A stretch of 53,175 bases of DNA. Source: a virus. Taxonomy: Duplodnaviria; Caudoviricetes. The notes below the pieces were generated by a model. That model ran no database searches. It was not told where the DNA came from and saw only the letters and a program-made list of their open reading frames with translations. Location of the stretch: the IMG/VR virus record IMGVR_UViG_3300023103_000006, positions 1-53,175 of that record; one strand, given 5' to 3'. The position numbers and the translations under genes were made by a program. Numbering within the stretch: the stretch's first letter is position 1; the number at the start of each line of letters is the position of its first letter. Shown in pieces: positions 28,627-37,147 of the stretch.

Positions 28627-28793
28627 TGTTTATGTCCGTCTAAAAATGCACCGCCTAATTCTAAAAATGTTAACCTTAATTGACTCCAGTAAATTGAAGA
28701 CCCTTTGTATTTCTCGCACTCAAGTATTGCGTCTAACCATGTCCAACGATAGCCTTTAATATCAAGACCATCTTTTGCTTGCTCCTCTGTCAT
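28623..28793 (-). CDS. Hypothetical protein (56 aa)
   Basis: MTEEQAKDGLDIKGYRWTWLDAILEC...; ATGA overlaps at both ends. Confidence 0.5.
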   Translation of the reverse strand: MTEEQAKDGLDIKGYRWTWLDAILECEKYKGSSIYWSQLRLTFLELGGAFLDGHKQ

Positions 28794-29050
28794 TGTGTAT
28801 CTTTGATAATGGTAAATAAATCATTCTTATCTGTACTCAAAAGACTTGGCGTTAAAGGTTTATTGAATGACAATAACGACACCCAAACTTTTCCAGTAAA
28901 TAAGACTCTCAATCTTTCTTTCCATGAAAGACCCCAACAGGTAATTACTTCACCGCTTGGCGTATCTAATCTCAATGCGGGGAGTGGCTGGTATTCGGGT
29001 TGGTCTTTTGCGAATACTACATTTTGCTCTTTAAATTCGATTGGTTTCAT
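28790..29050 (-). CDS. Conserved hypothetical phage protein
   Basis: MKPIEF.EQN.VFAKDQPEY.PLPA...CW.L...ER. Confidence 0.65.
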   Translation of the reverse strand: MKPIEFKEQNVVFAKDQPEYQPLPALRLDTPSGEVITCWGLSWKERLRVLFTGKVWVSLLSFNKPLTPSLLSTDKNDLFTIIKDTQ

Positions 29051-29370
29051 TAGAATGTCGATTTATGAGGGTGAGCAACGGTTGGAAATCCCCTTTCAAG
29101 TTCTGCAATAATATATCTTAGATGTTCAGCAGAGTCTCTGAATTTTTCTTGATGGCACATGTGAATATTCGCTATTAAAGCCTGAGTTAAAACTCCTGTA
29201 ATAACATGCGCACCATCTTTTGTTGGTAAGCCTTCTTTATCTAAGTACTTGTTAACATCGAGATTCTTTGACGGGTCAAGATTGTAGCTTAAACCTACGT
29301 GCTTAGAGGTTTTATCGCCTTTGTTGTGTTCTAATTCAAGAACGGCTCTCACTTCAAATGAAAAGTTCAT
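29050..29370 (-). CDS. Hypothetical protein
   Basis: Coupled ORF. Confidence 0.6.
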   Translation of the reverse strand: MNFSFEVRAVLELEHNKGDKTSKHVGLSYNLDPSKNLDVNKYLDKEGLPTKDGAHVITGVLTQALIANIHMCHQEKFRDSAEHLRYIIAELERGFPTVAHPHKSTF

Positions 29371-29570
29371 AGTTTTTTATTTTTAATGTCTTCTAATGCA
29401 CAATCAATAATTACGTGAGTACCCGTGCCTAATAGGGTAAAACCTACGGCAAGCCTTTCTGCTAAAGCATCCTCTGTACTTTCTCTTTCCACTATACCCC
29501 AATGCTTGCCTTTAGCTTTGAAAATGATTCTTACATCTTCTATGTCGTCTATTTCAAAAGGTTGTGTCAT
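29367..29570 (-). CDS. Hypothetical protein
   Basis: ATGA-coupled ORF. Confidence 0.55.
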   Translation of the reverse strand: MTQPFEIDDIEDVRIIFKAKGKHWGIVERESTEDALAERLAVGFTLLGTGTHVIIDCALEDIKNKKL

Positions 29571-30070
29571 GATTTCCTTTCATTTAAGCACTCTTCAACC
29601 ACGCTAGAAACTGCCAATGTCATTTTAGCTTTAAATGAAGCATCTTGTTTTAGCTCATTTACAACTTTGTCGAATAAGCTATCGCTACTTGAAAGCATTG
29701 AACGAGATACTTTGTGAGAAAAGGCATTAATAACAGATTGTTTAAAATCATCGGTATTGATTACCTTCGTAAAGCTGTCAGAAATAATTTGCCTTAACGA
29801 TGTAGTGTTTTCGTCAACTACTGAAATTATTAACTTATTTAGCGGGCTTTGATAGCCAGTAAGTACAGTTTTCATGGCTTCTGCTATGGATTGTTGCGCT
29901 GTAATTAGAATATCTTTTTCGAGATAAACAGGGTTATGCTTTTTTTGAATACCTTCATTCAGTTCTTTTACTGATTTGTCAGTAAACCTTTCTAGGTTTT
30001 GGTTTTTGTCTTGTAGGTCACGAACTGTTTTCTTTAGTTCGTCGAACTCGTGCTGTTCTTGTTTTGTCAT
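29567..30070 (-). CDS. Hypothetical coiled-coil protein (true start likely 30070, MTKQEQ)
   Basis: The upstream extension to 30136 lies inside structured leader A. Confidence 0.6.
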   Translation of the reverse strand: MTKQEQHEFDELKKTVRDLQDKNQNLERFTDKSVKELNEGIQKKHNPVYLEKDILITAQQSIAEAMKTVLTGYQSPLNKLIISVVDENTTSLRQIISDSFTKVINTDDFKQSVINAFSHKVSRSMLSSSDSLFDKVVNELKQDASFKAKMTLAVSSVVEECLNERKS

Positions 30071-30077
30071 TGATGTA

Positions 30078-30198
30078 AAATAAAAAATTCCTTGATTGGG
30101 GCTTGGACTTAGCAGGGGTGGATTAGACCCGTCCAAACTTTCCTATCAAGGAATTTCTCTAATATCTTTAAATCCGTTCGGCTGCTAAACCGTTGAAC
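30078..30198 (-). ncRNA. Kissing-loop leader element A
   Basis: 5' loop UUAGCAG (30182-30188) complementary to CUGCUAA (30109-30115) inside a 12-bp terminator-like stem 30085-30096/30145-30156. Confidence 0.6.
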
Positions 30199-30228
30199 AA
30201 ATATAGTAGTCATATTTTGAATTTCCAA
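30198..30228 (-). promoter_or_regulatory. Bacteroidota sigma-A-type promoter
   Basis: TTG-N20-TATATTTG. Confidence 0.7.
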
Positions 30229-30245
30229 GAATTATTTTAACTTTG
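30216..30245 (+). promoter_or_regulatory. Bacteroidota-type promoter for the membrane-gene island (divergent, overlapping)
   Basis: TTTG-N18-TAACTTTG, 4 nt before ATG 30250. Confidence 0.65.
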
Positions 30246-30249
30246 TATC

Positions 30250-30531
30250 ATGGCACGAAGAGTTGAAATATCAGAACATCTATATGTTTCACCTAGAATT
30301 TACTTTTGGTTGAAAATAGCTTGGGCTATGGCTGGAGGTATGACAGGAGTAACATTTAGTGATATGTTCCCTAAATGGGTAATGGCTGTTATGTTTCTGA
30401 TTAACTTAGGCTTTGCAGAGGTATTCAGACAAAAGGCCAAGAACGATGCACCACCAAACAGCACTTCAATTAAACAGACAGAAGTAAAACCCAATAGTAC
30501 AACAGAAACACAGATTACAACAACACCGTGA
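30250..30531 (+). CDS. 2-TM membrane protein, holin-like
   Basis: Two hydrophobic helices and a polar tail. Confidence 0.6.
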   Translation: MARRVEISEHLYVSPRIYFWLKIAWAMAGGMTGVTFSDMFPKWVMAVMFLINLGFAEVFRQKAKNDAPPNSTSIKQTEVKPNSTTETQITTTP

Positions 30532-31061
30532 GAAATTCATTTATTAAAGACTTATTTTTGAGTTTAATGGAAGATGTGGCGGCATTCATTGCTGATTTTA
30601 AAATGAATGCTTTATACATTCTATTAGGTTACATAATAGATAAGTACATTATAGGAGTTAAAAAAGCTATTCAATTCTGGTTATTTGATGAATTTACCTT
30701 TGCTACTTTCTTTATAATTATGTTGGTTTGCGATTTTCTTGCATACGTTAACAAATTAAGGACTTCAAATAAAGGAATGAGAATAAGTTTTGCGGTATCC
30801 GGTGTTAATAGATTCTTTGACAATGTAGTAAAATATGGAATAGCACTTATAGCAATTCATGGACTTTCTAAGTATAGCGTAAACGGTGTAACTAATACGT
30901 GGTTTGCAGATGCTCCCAACTGGTTTTTCGCATTTTGTATGCTAAGGGTAGCTACGAATATATTCAGGAACTTAGGGTTTGACGTTTCATTAATAATTGA
31001 CAAGATAAGCGAGAAGTTTAAGGATTTTAAAGTAAAGGATACCGACGATACAAATCAGTAA
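30528..31061 (+). CDS. Multi-TM holin-like protein
   Basis: ...LV.D.......S.G..RF..........S/TNI..NL.. pattern resembling phage holin family 4; charged C-terminus. Confidence 0.6.
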   Translation: MRNSFIKDLFLSLMEDVAAFIADFKMNALYILLGYIIDKYIIGVKKAIQFWLFDEFTFATFFIIMLVCDFLAYVNKLRTSNKGMRISFAVSGVNRFFDNVVKYGIALIAIHGLSKYSVNGVTNTWFADAPNWFFAFCMLRVATNIFRNLGFDVSLIIDKISEKFKDFKVKDTDDTNQ

Positions 31062-31079
31062 CAATTTAATCGTACATAT

Positions 31080-31280
31080 ATGGCAAACAAAAAGCAAAGA
31101 ATACTTGAAAAGATTGAAAAAATAGAGCACAATAATAGAGAAAATGACCAACTGTTAGAAGAGATTAAATCTTTATTATTGGTTGGAGGTGACTCACAAT
31201 CGCTCGATGACGGAGAAGGTGGCGCACCTCATCCGCCAACGCCTCCGCCGCCACCTCCACCGCCAGGAACAACAACATGA
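31080..31280 (+). CDS. Small protein: coiled coil plus poly-Pro C-terminus
   Basis: ...SLDDGEGGAPHPPTPPPPPPPPGTTT. Confidence 0.6.
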   Translation: MANKKQRILEKIEKIEHNNRENDQLLEEIKSLLLVGGDSQSLDDGEGGAPHPPTPPPPPPPPGTTT

Positions 31281-31633
31281 AGTACTACGTAGTTTTGGCG
31301 TTAGCTTTTGTGATATACATGGCTAACGCCTTATTTTTGGCATTCTTTTACTATGATTTTGAATGGTTAAGGTCTTTTACTTGGCTTATAGACCATCTTT
31401 GGCAAGTGATTTTACCTTTGTATATTGGTTTAAGTAGTGGGTATAAAAAAGTAAAGACAATTGCTTACTACTGGACTATATTTGCTTTATTCCGGTTTCT
31501 TTATACTACGCTTACTTACAGTTTAAAATTGCCTCTAATATCTGAAAGGTATTCTTACTTATTTATCCATTGGATTTTTATTTTTACCTTGATTTTTCTG
31601 GTTATTAAGAATCTTAGAGAACCAAAATCATAG
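31277..31633 (+). CDS. 4-TM membrane protein
   Basis: Highly hydrophobic 118 aa; ATGA-coupled to the Pro-rich ORF. Confidence 0.65.
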   Translation: MKYYVVLALAFVIYMANALFLAFFYYDFEWLRSFTWLIDHLWQVILPLYIGLSSGYKKVKTIAYYWTIFALFRFLYTTLTYSLKLPLISERYSYLFIHWIFIFTLIFLVIKNLREPKS

Positions 31634-31712
31634 GTATTTTTACGTGTTTTATTGTACGTTACTAGGAAATAACAAATTAAGTTAATACTTTCGGTTTTTA
31701 ACTTATGCTGTT

Positions 31713-31979
31713 GTGGGGAGAGTTGCCTTGAATGTAATTTTTTTGAATGTTTTAAAATGGTTAGAGCAAACTCTATTTGTTTTTCTAGTCACTTTTTACG
31801 ACTTCTTACAGGCGCAATTAGCTTTAAGCATATCAGAGAAGAAAGAACTAATATTGTTCGCCTGCGGGCTTGTTTGGGGGCTATTTCGGATAGGTAGAGA
31901 GTGGGTGAAGTTAGACCAACAGAGAATTGAAAGGGATATTAAGAAAGAGGAATTAAAAAAGTTGAAAGAAGAAGTGTAG
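31713..31979 (+). CDS. Small membrane protein, holin/antiholin-like (start uncertain)
   Basis: Hydrophobic segments and a highly charged C-terminus. Confidence 0.5.
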   Translation: MGRVALNVIFLNVLKWLEQTLFVFLVTFYDFLQAQLALSISEKKELILFACGLVWGLFRIGREWVKLDQQRIERDIKKEELKKLKEEV

Positions 31980-32026
31980 ATAGTATTTCATAGTTTTAGA
32001 TTAGGGTTGAAATTAGGTAAGTTTCG

Positions 32027-32058
32027 AAAGCATTAGATGTTATTCTAATGCTTTTTTT
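32027..32058 (+). terminator. Intrinsic terminator, probably bidirectional
   Basis: AAAGCATTAGA/TCTAATGCTTT stem plus T-tract between convergent operons. Confidence 0.75.
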
Positions 32059-32059
32059 G

Positions 32060-32266
32060 TTATAGCCCGCCATAAGCCCATTGCCCTGATTCTTCATCTT
32101 GTCTAAAGCCTATTTCTTCCAATTCCCATTCTAACTCTTTTGACATTGACCAATCGATGTCACCAATAAGTAGACATTCATATTCAAACTTAATATTTTC
32201 ATCTCCACCTTTGGGTTTTATGGATTCAATAATTTCTAATGCTCTAATTAAATTTTTTGCCTTCAT
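32060..32266 (-). CDS. Hypothetical protein
   Basis: Tiled ORF. Confidence 0.55.
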   Translation of the reverse strand: MKAKNLIRALEIIESIKPKGGDENIKFEYECLLIGDIDWSMSKELEWELEEIGFRQDEESGQWAYGGL

Positions 32267-32290
32267 TTTTCTAATTGTTTATTTGTGAAA

Positions 32291-32650
32291 TTATTTATTA
32301 GACTTCATTAGGTTATTTATTCGATGCTTCCACTCTTTGCGCTTAAGTTTATCAGACTTCCAATTACGAAAAGGTAAGATTGTTTCCATAACAACCGGAG
32401 TTAGTTCCACATTTATAATTTTGCTATGCGAAGAAACATACATAGTTAAAAGTGTTGAAAGACTAATTTCCAAACCGCTAAGTCCGTAAGATTGTGTTTC
32501 TTTCCACTTTCTATAAATCTCGACACTTTTATCGACACTTATACCAGCCCGTGCAAACTGCAATGCCTCTTCTTCAGTGCATCCTGTAATATGCATTAAG
32601 TCACAAGCTGGATTTTTTATTTCTGGTGGTAACTGATGAAAGTCTGTCAT
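32291..32650 (-). CDS. Hypothetical protein
   Basis: Coupled ORF. Confidence 0.55.
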   Translation of the reverse strand: MTDFHQLPPEIKNPACDLMHITGCTEEEALQFARAGISVDKSVEIYRKWKETQSYGLSGLEISLSTLLTMYVSSHSKIINVELTPVVMETILPFRNWKSDKLKRKEWKHRINNLMKSNK

Positions 32651-32841
32651 TTTTCTAATATTGTTTTGAGTGTTAATAATCTGTTCAGATAAGCCTCCCC
32701 ATTCTTAGGCTTCAAACTCTTTGCAAATGCAATGTGAGATGCAACAAACCGTTTTACATTCAATATATTTTCACTTTTTGAAAGTTGAATTGAATCAGGG
32801 AGGGTTGTTGAGTTGAAGAAGGTTTCGAGTTCATTTATCAC
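32647..32841 (-). CDS. Hypothetical protein
   Basis: ELETFF....LP..I.L...E.I.NV..FV.SH pattern recalled from Bacteroidota. Confidence 0.6.
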   Translation of the reverse strand: MINELETFFNSTTLPDSIQLSKSENILNVKRFVASHIAFAKSLKPKNGEAYLNRLLTLKTILEK

Positions 32842-33017
32842 GGTAGCTGAGTAAAATATTGGAACCTATAACCAATGTGGCTGAAATTAGTATTGTGCCT
32901 AATACGTACCAATCAGGGAAAATATAAGACAATAATAAAGTCCATAGTGCAATGGCTGATGCGTAATTTGCTACTCTTGACAAAGGTATATTTTTCACCT
33001 GAGTTTATATTTAAGTG

Positions 33018-33290
33018 TTATCTATCTAAAATTTTCAATATTGCGTAAAGGTCTTCTTTCGAATCTACAATCGGGAATTTTATCACAGGCATTTCATCGG
33101 TAGGCAATTGGCTGAAATGTAAAAAGTATACCAGACGCCCGCCAAAACATTCCTCTAGTATAAATATAGCTTCAAAACTTTGTCTTTGATAGTATTCATA
33201 TCCCTCGTAAATACGGCAATCATAATCTGGGTGTCTTTCTTTCATATACTCCCTAACCCATCCTTCGGCTTGCTCTTTTGATGCATACAT
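33018..33290 (-). CDS. Hypothetical protein
   Basis: Tiled ORF. Confidence 0.55.
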   Translation of the reverse strand: MYASKEQAEGWVREYMKERHPDYDCRIYEGYEYYQRQSFEAIFILEECFGGRLVYFLHFSQLPTDEMPVIKFPIVDSKEDLYAILKILDR

Positions 33291-33309
33291 GGTTATATTG
33301 CTTTATTTG

Positions 33310-33639
33310 TTAATTGGAGTTTTTAGGGTGAAAATAATGTATGTCGTCCGTCCATTCGTACGGAATTTTTATTTCATTTAAACAATTTTGTCCCCTATTC
33401 AATATTTCTCCCTTTTCCTTATCGCTGTAATCGATAATCTTATTTTTATCAACTCCGCCAAGCGAAGAGTAGCAGTTGTAAAAATAAATCCCTAAACTTT
33501 CACATTTTTTATACGCTTTCCTTAGTTCTTCAAAAGCCATTTTCTGCTTTGGAGTTAAACAAAATAATTCATCTTGTTCTGTCAATTCTTCTTTTTTAAG
33601 ATTGTCAAATTTTTTCTGCGCAAAATATTCTTTCTCCAT
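33310..33639 (-). CDS. Hypothetical protein downstream of leader B
   Basis: 109 aa ORF. Confidence 0.6.
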   Translation of the reverse strand: MEKEYFAQKKFDNLKKEELTEQDELFCLTPKQKMAFEELRKAYKKCESLGIYFYNCYSSLGGVDKNKIIDYSDKEKGEILNRGQNCLNEIKIPYEWTDDIHYFHPKNSN

Positions 33640-33647
33640 ATTAATAT

Positions 33648-33760
33648 AAAATAAAAAAGCCTTTACAAAATAAAGGCGACTACTCCCTTACTCATAAAGG
33701 CTGTGGTATGTTAATACCAAAATCTTTTCTTACAGGTAGTCGTTTCTGTAAGTATTGAAC
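33648..33760 (-). ncRNA. Kissing-loop leader element B
   Basis: P1 CUUACAG/CUGUAAG with loop CGACUAC (33736-33742), complementary to GUAGUCG (33677-33683) in the loop of terminator stem 33658-33702. Confidence 0.65.
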
Positions 33761-33761
33761 A

Positions 33762-33792
33762 CAAATATACTAAAAAACTACTTAACTTTCAA
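33762..33792 (-). promoter_or_regulatory. Bacteroidota sigma-A-type promoter
   Basis: TTG-N20-TATATTTG. Confidence 0.7.
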
Positions 33793-33926
33793 TAAATAAT
33801 TTTGAATAGTTAAAATCGGACGATTTAAGCTAAAAGCAATTATCTTAGGTGTGAAGTTCAACTGCTTATAGTATTCTATCATTCGTTTTTCGTCCGTGTT
33901 CAGATGGTGTGCTTTGCTTTCGATTA

Positions 33927-34097
33927 TCATGGGGTTAGGAGGGATTGTAGATCTTTGATGAATTTTTCATGTTTAAAAATTTCCAAATTTAACTTATTCC
34001 TAGTATCGCTACCCATAATATACGTATCCCGTTCATTCACTAGATTGTCCTTCTCTTTTTGATACCTCTCAATCAGTTTTTGTATTTTCTCTTTCAT
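33927..34097 (-). CDS. Hypothetical protein (likely start MKEKIQ)
   Basis: A-rich initiation region at 34097. Confidence 0.5.
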   Translation of the reverse strand: MKEKIQKLIERYQKEKDNLVNERDTYIMGSDTRNKLNLEIFKHEKFIKDLQSLLTP

Positions 34098-34114
34098 CTT
34101 ATTTTTTTGTTTAA

Positions 34115-34381
34115 TTAGGATAGTAGTGCTATCCAGAAGTGTTTTATTGAGTAATCTAATCTTGAAATGTTTACCCATTCATCAAAGTACAGTAGTTGAA
34201 TTACTTTATCTACGACTAGAAAACGTAGTCTGTTTTTCACTCTCTTGTCGGCACTTAATGAAATGTTGACAAAGAAAAAATCAATGCCCCCTTTATTGCT
34301 ATGCTCAATCTCGTAAGAACTAGTTACAAATTCCCCTAACTCTTCATCAAGAAGCTGTTTTAATCTATCATAGTGTTTCAT
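34115..34381 (-). CDS. Hypothetical protein
   Basis: Tiled ORF. Confidence 0.55.
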   Translation of the reverse strand: MKHYDRLKQLLDEELGEFVTSSYEIEHSNKGGIDFFFVNISLSADKRVKNRLRFLVVDKVIQLLYFDEWVNISRLDYSIKHFWIALLS

Positions 34382-34433
34382 TGTATTAAATCTTTAAATT
34401 TTGAATAACTTTTCTTGTTTAATAATTGGGTTA

Positions 34434-34946
34434 TTACGGCTTAAATATTGAATCCATGCCCATTTTAATTTTACAATCACCTTTATAGCCTTTTTGAAAA
34501 TGAAAGTTTCCTACACTAAAACCAAATGGAAAATCTATCAACTGACCACTTCCATAGATAATCATACTTTTAATGCCCCCGTATTTATTTATCAGATTCA
34601 TGATAATCTGTCTTTGAAAAATTTTATTGGTTGGTACAAGATAGCTGACATTGTCAGCTATCTCAAAACCTTTTCTAAGGAACTCTTCAAAAATAGAGTA
34701 AGGAGGATTTCCAATAACCCAGTCAATCTTTTTATTGTAATCGAAAAAATCTTTGCCTTCTCTTATTTCACAATAATCAGACCCATCAGGTAGGTAATCG
34801 TAAAAGGCTCCGTCTCCCTTACATGGGTCTAAACAAGTGCCTGTGGGATTTAAAAAACTAATTATGTGTTTACTAACTGCGATTGGAGTAAAAACTATAT
34901 CTGCAGGAAGAACTGGTTTATCAAATGCTTCTAGTTGTACGTTCAT
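34434..34946 (-). CDS. Orphan DNA amino-methyltransferase (N6-A/N4-C)
   Basis: LDPCKGDG motif I and IGNPPYS motif IV. Confidence 0.8.
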   Translation of the reverse strand: MNVQLEAFDKPVLPADIVFTPIAVSKHIISFLNPTGTCLDPCKGDGAFYDYLPDGSDYCEIREGKDFFDYNKKIDWVIGNPPYSIFEEFLRKGFEIADNVSYLVPTNKIFQRQIIMNLINKYGGIKSMIIYGSGQLIDFPFGFSVGNFHFQKGYKGDCKIKMGMDSIFKP

Positions 34947-35209
34947 TTTTGACCTTCTATTAATTCAAATCGTTGATTAAATTCTTCTTCCGTTTTAAAA
35001 GAAGCATGAAAAGGTTCTTGTTGTGTCCTTTTTACTGAACTGTCAGGTTGCGATTCTATTCTTCCTAACTCTGTGAAAATCTGGTACCCGTTGCCAATCG
35101 CAAACTTATGAATTTGGCATTGTAGAATTAACCCAGCCTTCAGATTAAACTTAGGCTCATCTTGCAACAGTCTGACTGTTGCAAACTCATTTGATTGTGT
35201 TGTTTTCAT
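34943..35209 (-). CDS. Hypothetical protein
   Basis: Coupled ORF. Confidence 0.55.
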   Translation of the reverse strand: MKTTQSNEFATVRLLQDEPKFNLKAGLILQCQIHKFAIGNGYQIFTELGRIESQPDSSVKRTQQEPFHASFKTEEEFNQRFELIEGQK

Positions 35210-35241
35210 ATTATTTATTTTGTTTTCTGATTCCGGTAAGG

Positions 35242-35478
35242 TTAATTATTTGGCACAAGTAAAACTTCAATTGGTTGTATTAATTCTATGTCTCCATAAT
35301 CAACAATAAAACCAAACTTAGTTCTTCCATTTGATAGCATCCCCCTGTGATGTGCCGCTCCTTTTACTACTTTCCCTTTGTAGTATTGACCATTGCCGTT
35401 TTTATAAACCACCACATCTCCTATTTTTATCGACTTTGGTGTTTGATACTCTTTGGGGTTAATTTTTATCCAAGCCAT
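35242..35478 (-). CDS. Hypothetical SH3/Tudor-like protein
   Basis: KIGDVV...YKGKVV...VDYGD pattern. Confidence 0.5.
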   Translation of the reverse strand: MAWIKINPKEYQTPKSIKIGDVVVYKNGNGQYYKGKVVKGAAHHRGMLSNGRTKFGFIVDYGDIELIQPIEVLLVPNN

Positions 35479-35483
35479 TTTCT

Positions 35484-35687
35484 TTAATTATTGAAATGAT
35501 TATAAAGAGTTAATATTTTGTTTTGAATGTGCTTTACCGTTTCGGTGGTGAATGGTACGGTTTCTGATTTGATTACCTGGTTGTTTTCGTACAGTTCTAT
35601 TTTTACATCTGTCTTACCTGTCAATGTAGACTTAACGTCATATTTTGAACGGATTAGCCATGTTAGAGCTTTGTTGTAATCATTCAT
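35484..35687 (-). CDS. Hypothetical protein
   Basis: Tiled ORF. Confidence 0.55.
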   Translation of the reverse strand: MNDYNKALTWLIRSKYDVKSTLTGKTDVKIELYENNQVIKSETVPFTTETVKHIQNKILTLYNHFNN

Positions 35688-35916
35688 TTTTAACTAATGT
35701 TTTCATGCCGTGCTTTTCTAATTCGTTGATTCTGAATTTCTGAATTTCTGATAGACAACCTTTTTCAGACTTTACCTCTACAAAAAACGCTTCACCATTT
35801 TTACAAACCAATAAATCCGGAATACCATTTTTGTTTGATTTTATAATTTTCAACACAAAATATCCTTCTGCTTCATACTGCTTGATAATCTTTGACTGTA
35901 TTTTGCTTTCTAACAT
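35680..35916 (-). CDS. VRR-NUC domain nuclease
   Basis: ES.IQ...GIPDL......FVEVK...G.LS..Q motif. Confidence 0.85.
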   Translation of the reverse strand: MLESKIQSKIIKQYEAEGYFVLKIIKSNKNGIPDLLVCKNGEAFFVEVKSEKGCLSEIQKFRINELEKHGMKTLVKNE

Positions 35917-37147
35917 AATTATTGAAATGTGAAAGTGTAAAATCCTGTTTGTTCAATACTTTCTGATAAATCTCATGCTCAATACCATGTTCAGAGAATA
36001 CCCAATAGATTTGATTTCTTAACCTTTCCTTTGTCGTCATTCTATCCCTGGACTGCCAAAACGAAACTGCGCTGAAGTCGATATTTAGGTATACGATATA
36101 TTTAGCGGCACTTAGATTTATCCCCTCTCTCCCAGATACAATTTGCAAGGCAATATTTTTGGTAGTTGAATTAAATTCCTCTAAGGATTCGCAAATATTG
36201 TTGCCAAACACCTGCTTAAGCATTTGTAATTCAGCTTTGAATTTATAGAATATTGCTATCTTTTCATGCTTGAATCGTTCTTTAATTAAATCAGCTTTAG
36301 AGGTATCTATTACCTGGAAATTACCTGATTCAAAAATTACGGTACCGGAGCATAATTGGTGAATTTTGTTCATTAATTTCACTGCCGTATCCGCTAATAT
36401 TGTTTCTTTTTTGCCTTCTATAACACGATGTGTTTTTAGTCTTTCGCATAGGTCAATCGTTAGTTCTGACATTTGACAGGTAAGAACTTCCTGCTCAATA
36501 ACAGACGTAAACCCGGCTTCTTGTTGGGTGAATCTGATAAAATATCTATCGGTGAATTTAATTATTTCTTCTTGCTTTGCTTCTGAATAATCATTAATCG
36601 GAGCATACCCAAAGTTTAATACCTTTACATTCACAAACACTTTAGCCCATTTATAAAAATTTACATAATCACGAAACGGGCTTACATTACTTATCCACAT
36701 TTGGTGATAAATTTGTGAATAACTTTCAGGGGTTGGTGTGCCTGACAAAAGTATCATAGGTAATTTTGAGTACCGTTCTTTGATAAGTTTGGCGGCAAGG
36801 CATGGTTTAGGAAATGCTGAAAGTCTATGCGCTTCATCTATAATCACTAAATCAAACTCCAATGTAATCAGGTGTAATGATTCGTAATTAATTACTGTCA
36901 AATCAAACTGATAATTCATTGCGTCATAGTCTTTCTGAATGCTTGAAATAGCTTTCTTCTTAGTTATGAATAAAACCCTTTTAGCCTTGTAAATATTAGC
37001 GGTTTCTAAAGCCATCAATGTCTTGCCAACACGGACTTCGCACGCCAAATAAACTATTTTAAAGTTTATCAATTTCACAGACGCTTCATTAGCTATTTTT
37101 ATTTGATAGTCTCGTAAAATCATGTTTTTCGTAGTCATATGTTGCAA
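35873..37147 (-). CDS. SF2 (SNF2-like) helicase; likely start at MILRDYQ
   Basis: LRDYQ, GKT, DEAH, LSGTP, GINL and QSRDR motifs. Confidence 0.88.
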   Translation of the reverse strand: MQHMTTKNMILRDYQIKIANEASVKLINFKIVYLACEVRVGKTLMALETANIYKAKRVLFITKKKAISSIQKDYDAMNYQFDLTVINYESLHLITLEFDLVIIDEAHRLSAFPKPCLAAKLIKERYSKLPMILLSGTPTPESYSQIYHQMWISNVSPFRDYVNFYKWAKVFVNVKVLNFGYAPINDYSEAKQEEIIKFTDRYFIRFTQQEAGFTSVIEQEVLTCQMSELTIDLCERLKTHRVIEGKKETILADTAVKLMNKIHQLCSGTVIFESGNFQVIDTSKADLIKERFKHEKIAIFYKFKAELQMLKQVFGNNICESLEEFNSTTKNIALQIVSGREGINLSAAKYIVYLNIDFSAVSFWQSRDRMTTKERLRNQIYWVFSEHGIEHEIYQKVLNKQDFTLSHFNNYVRKQNTVKDYQAV

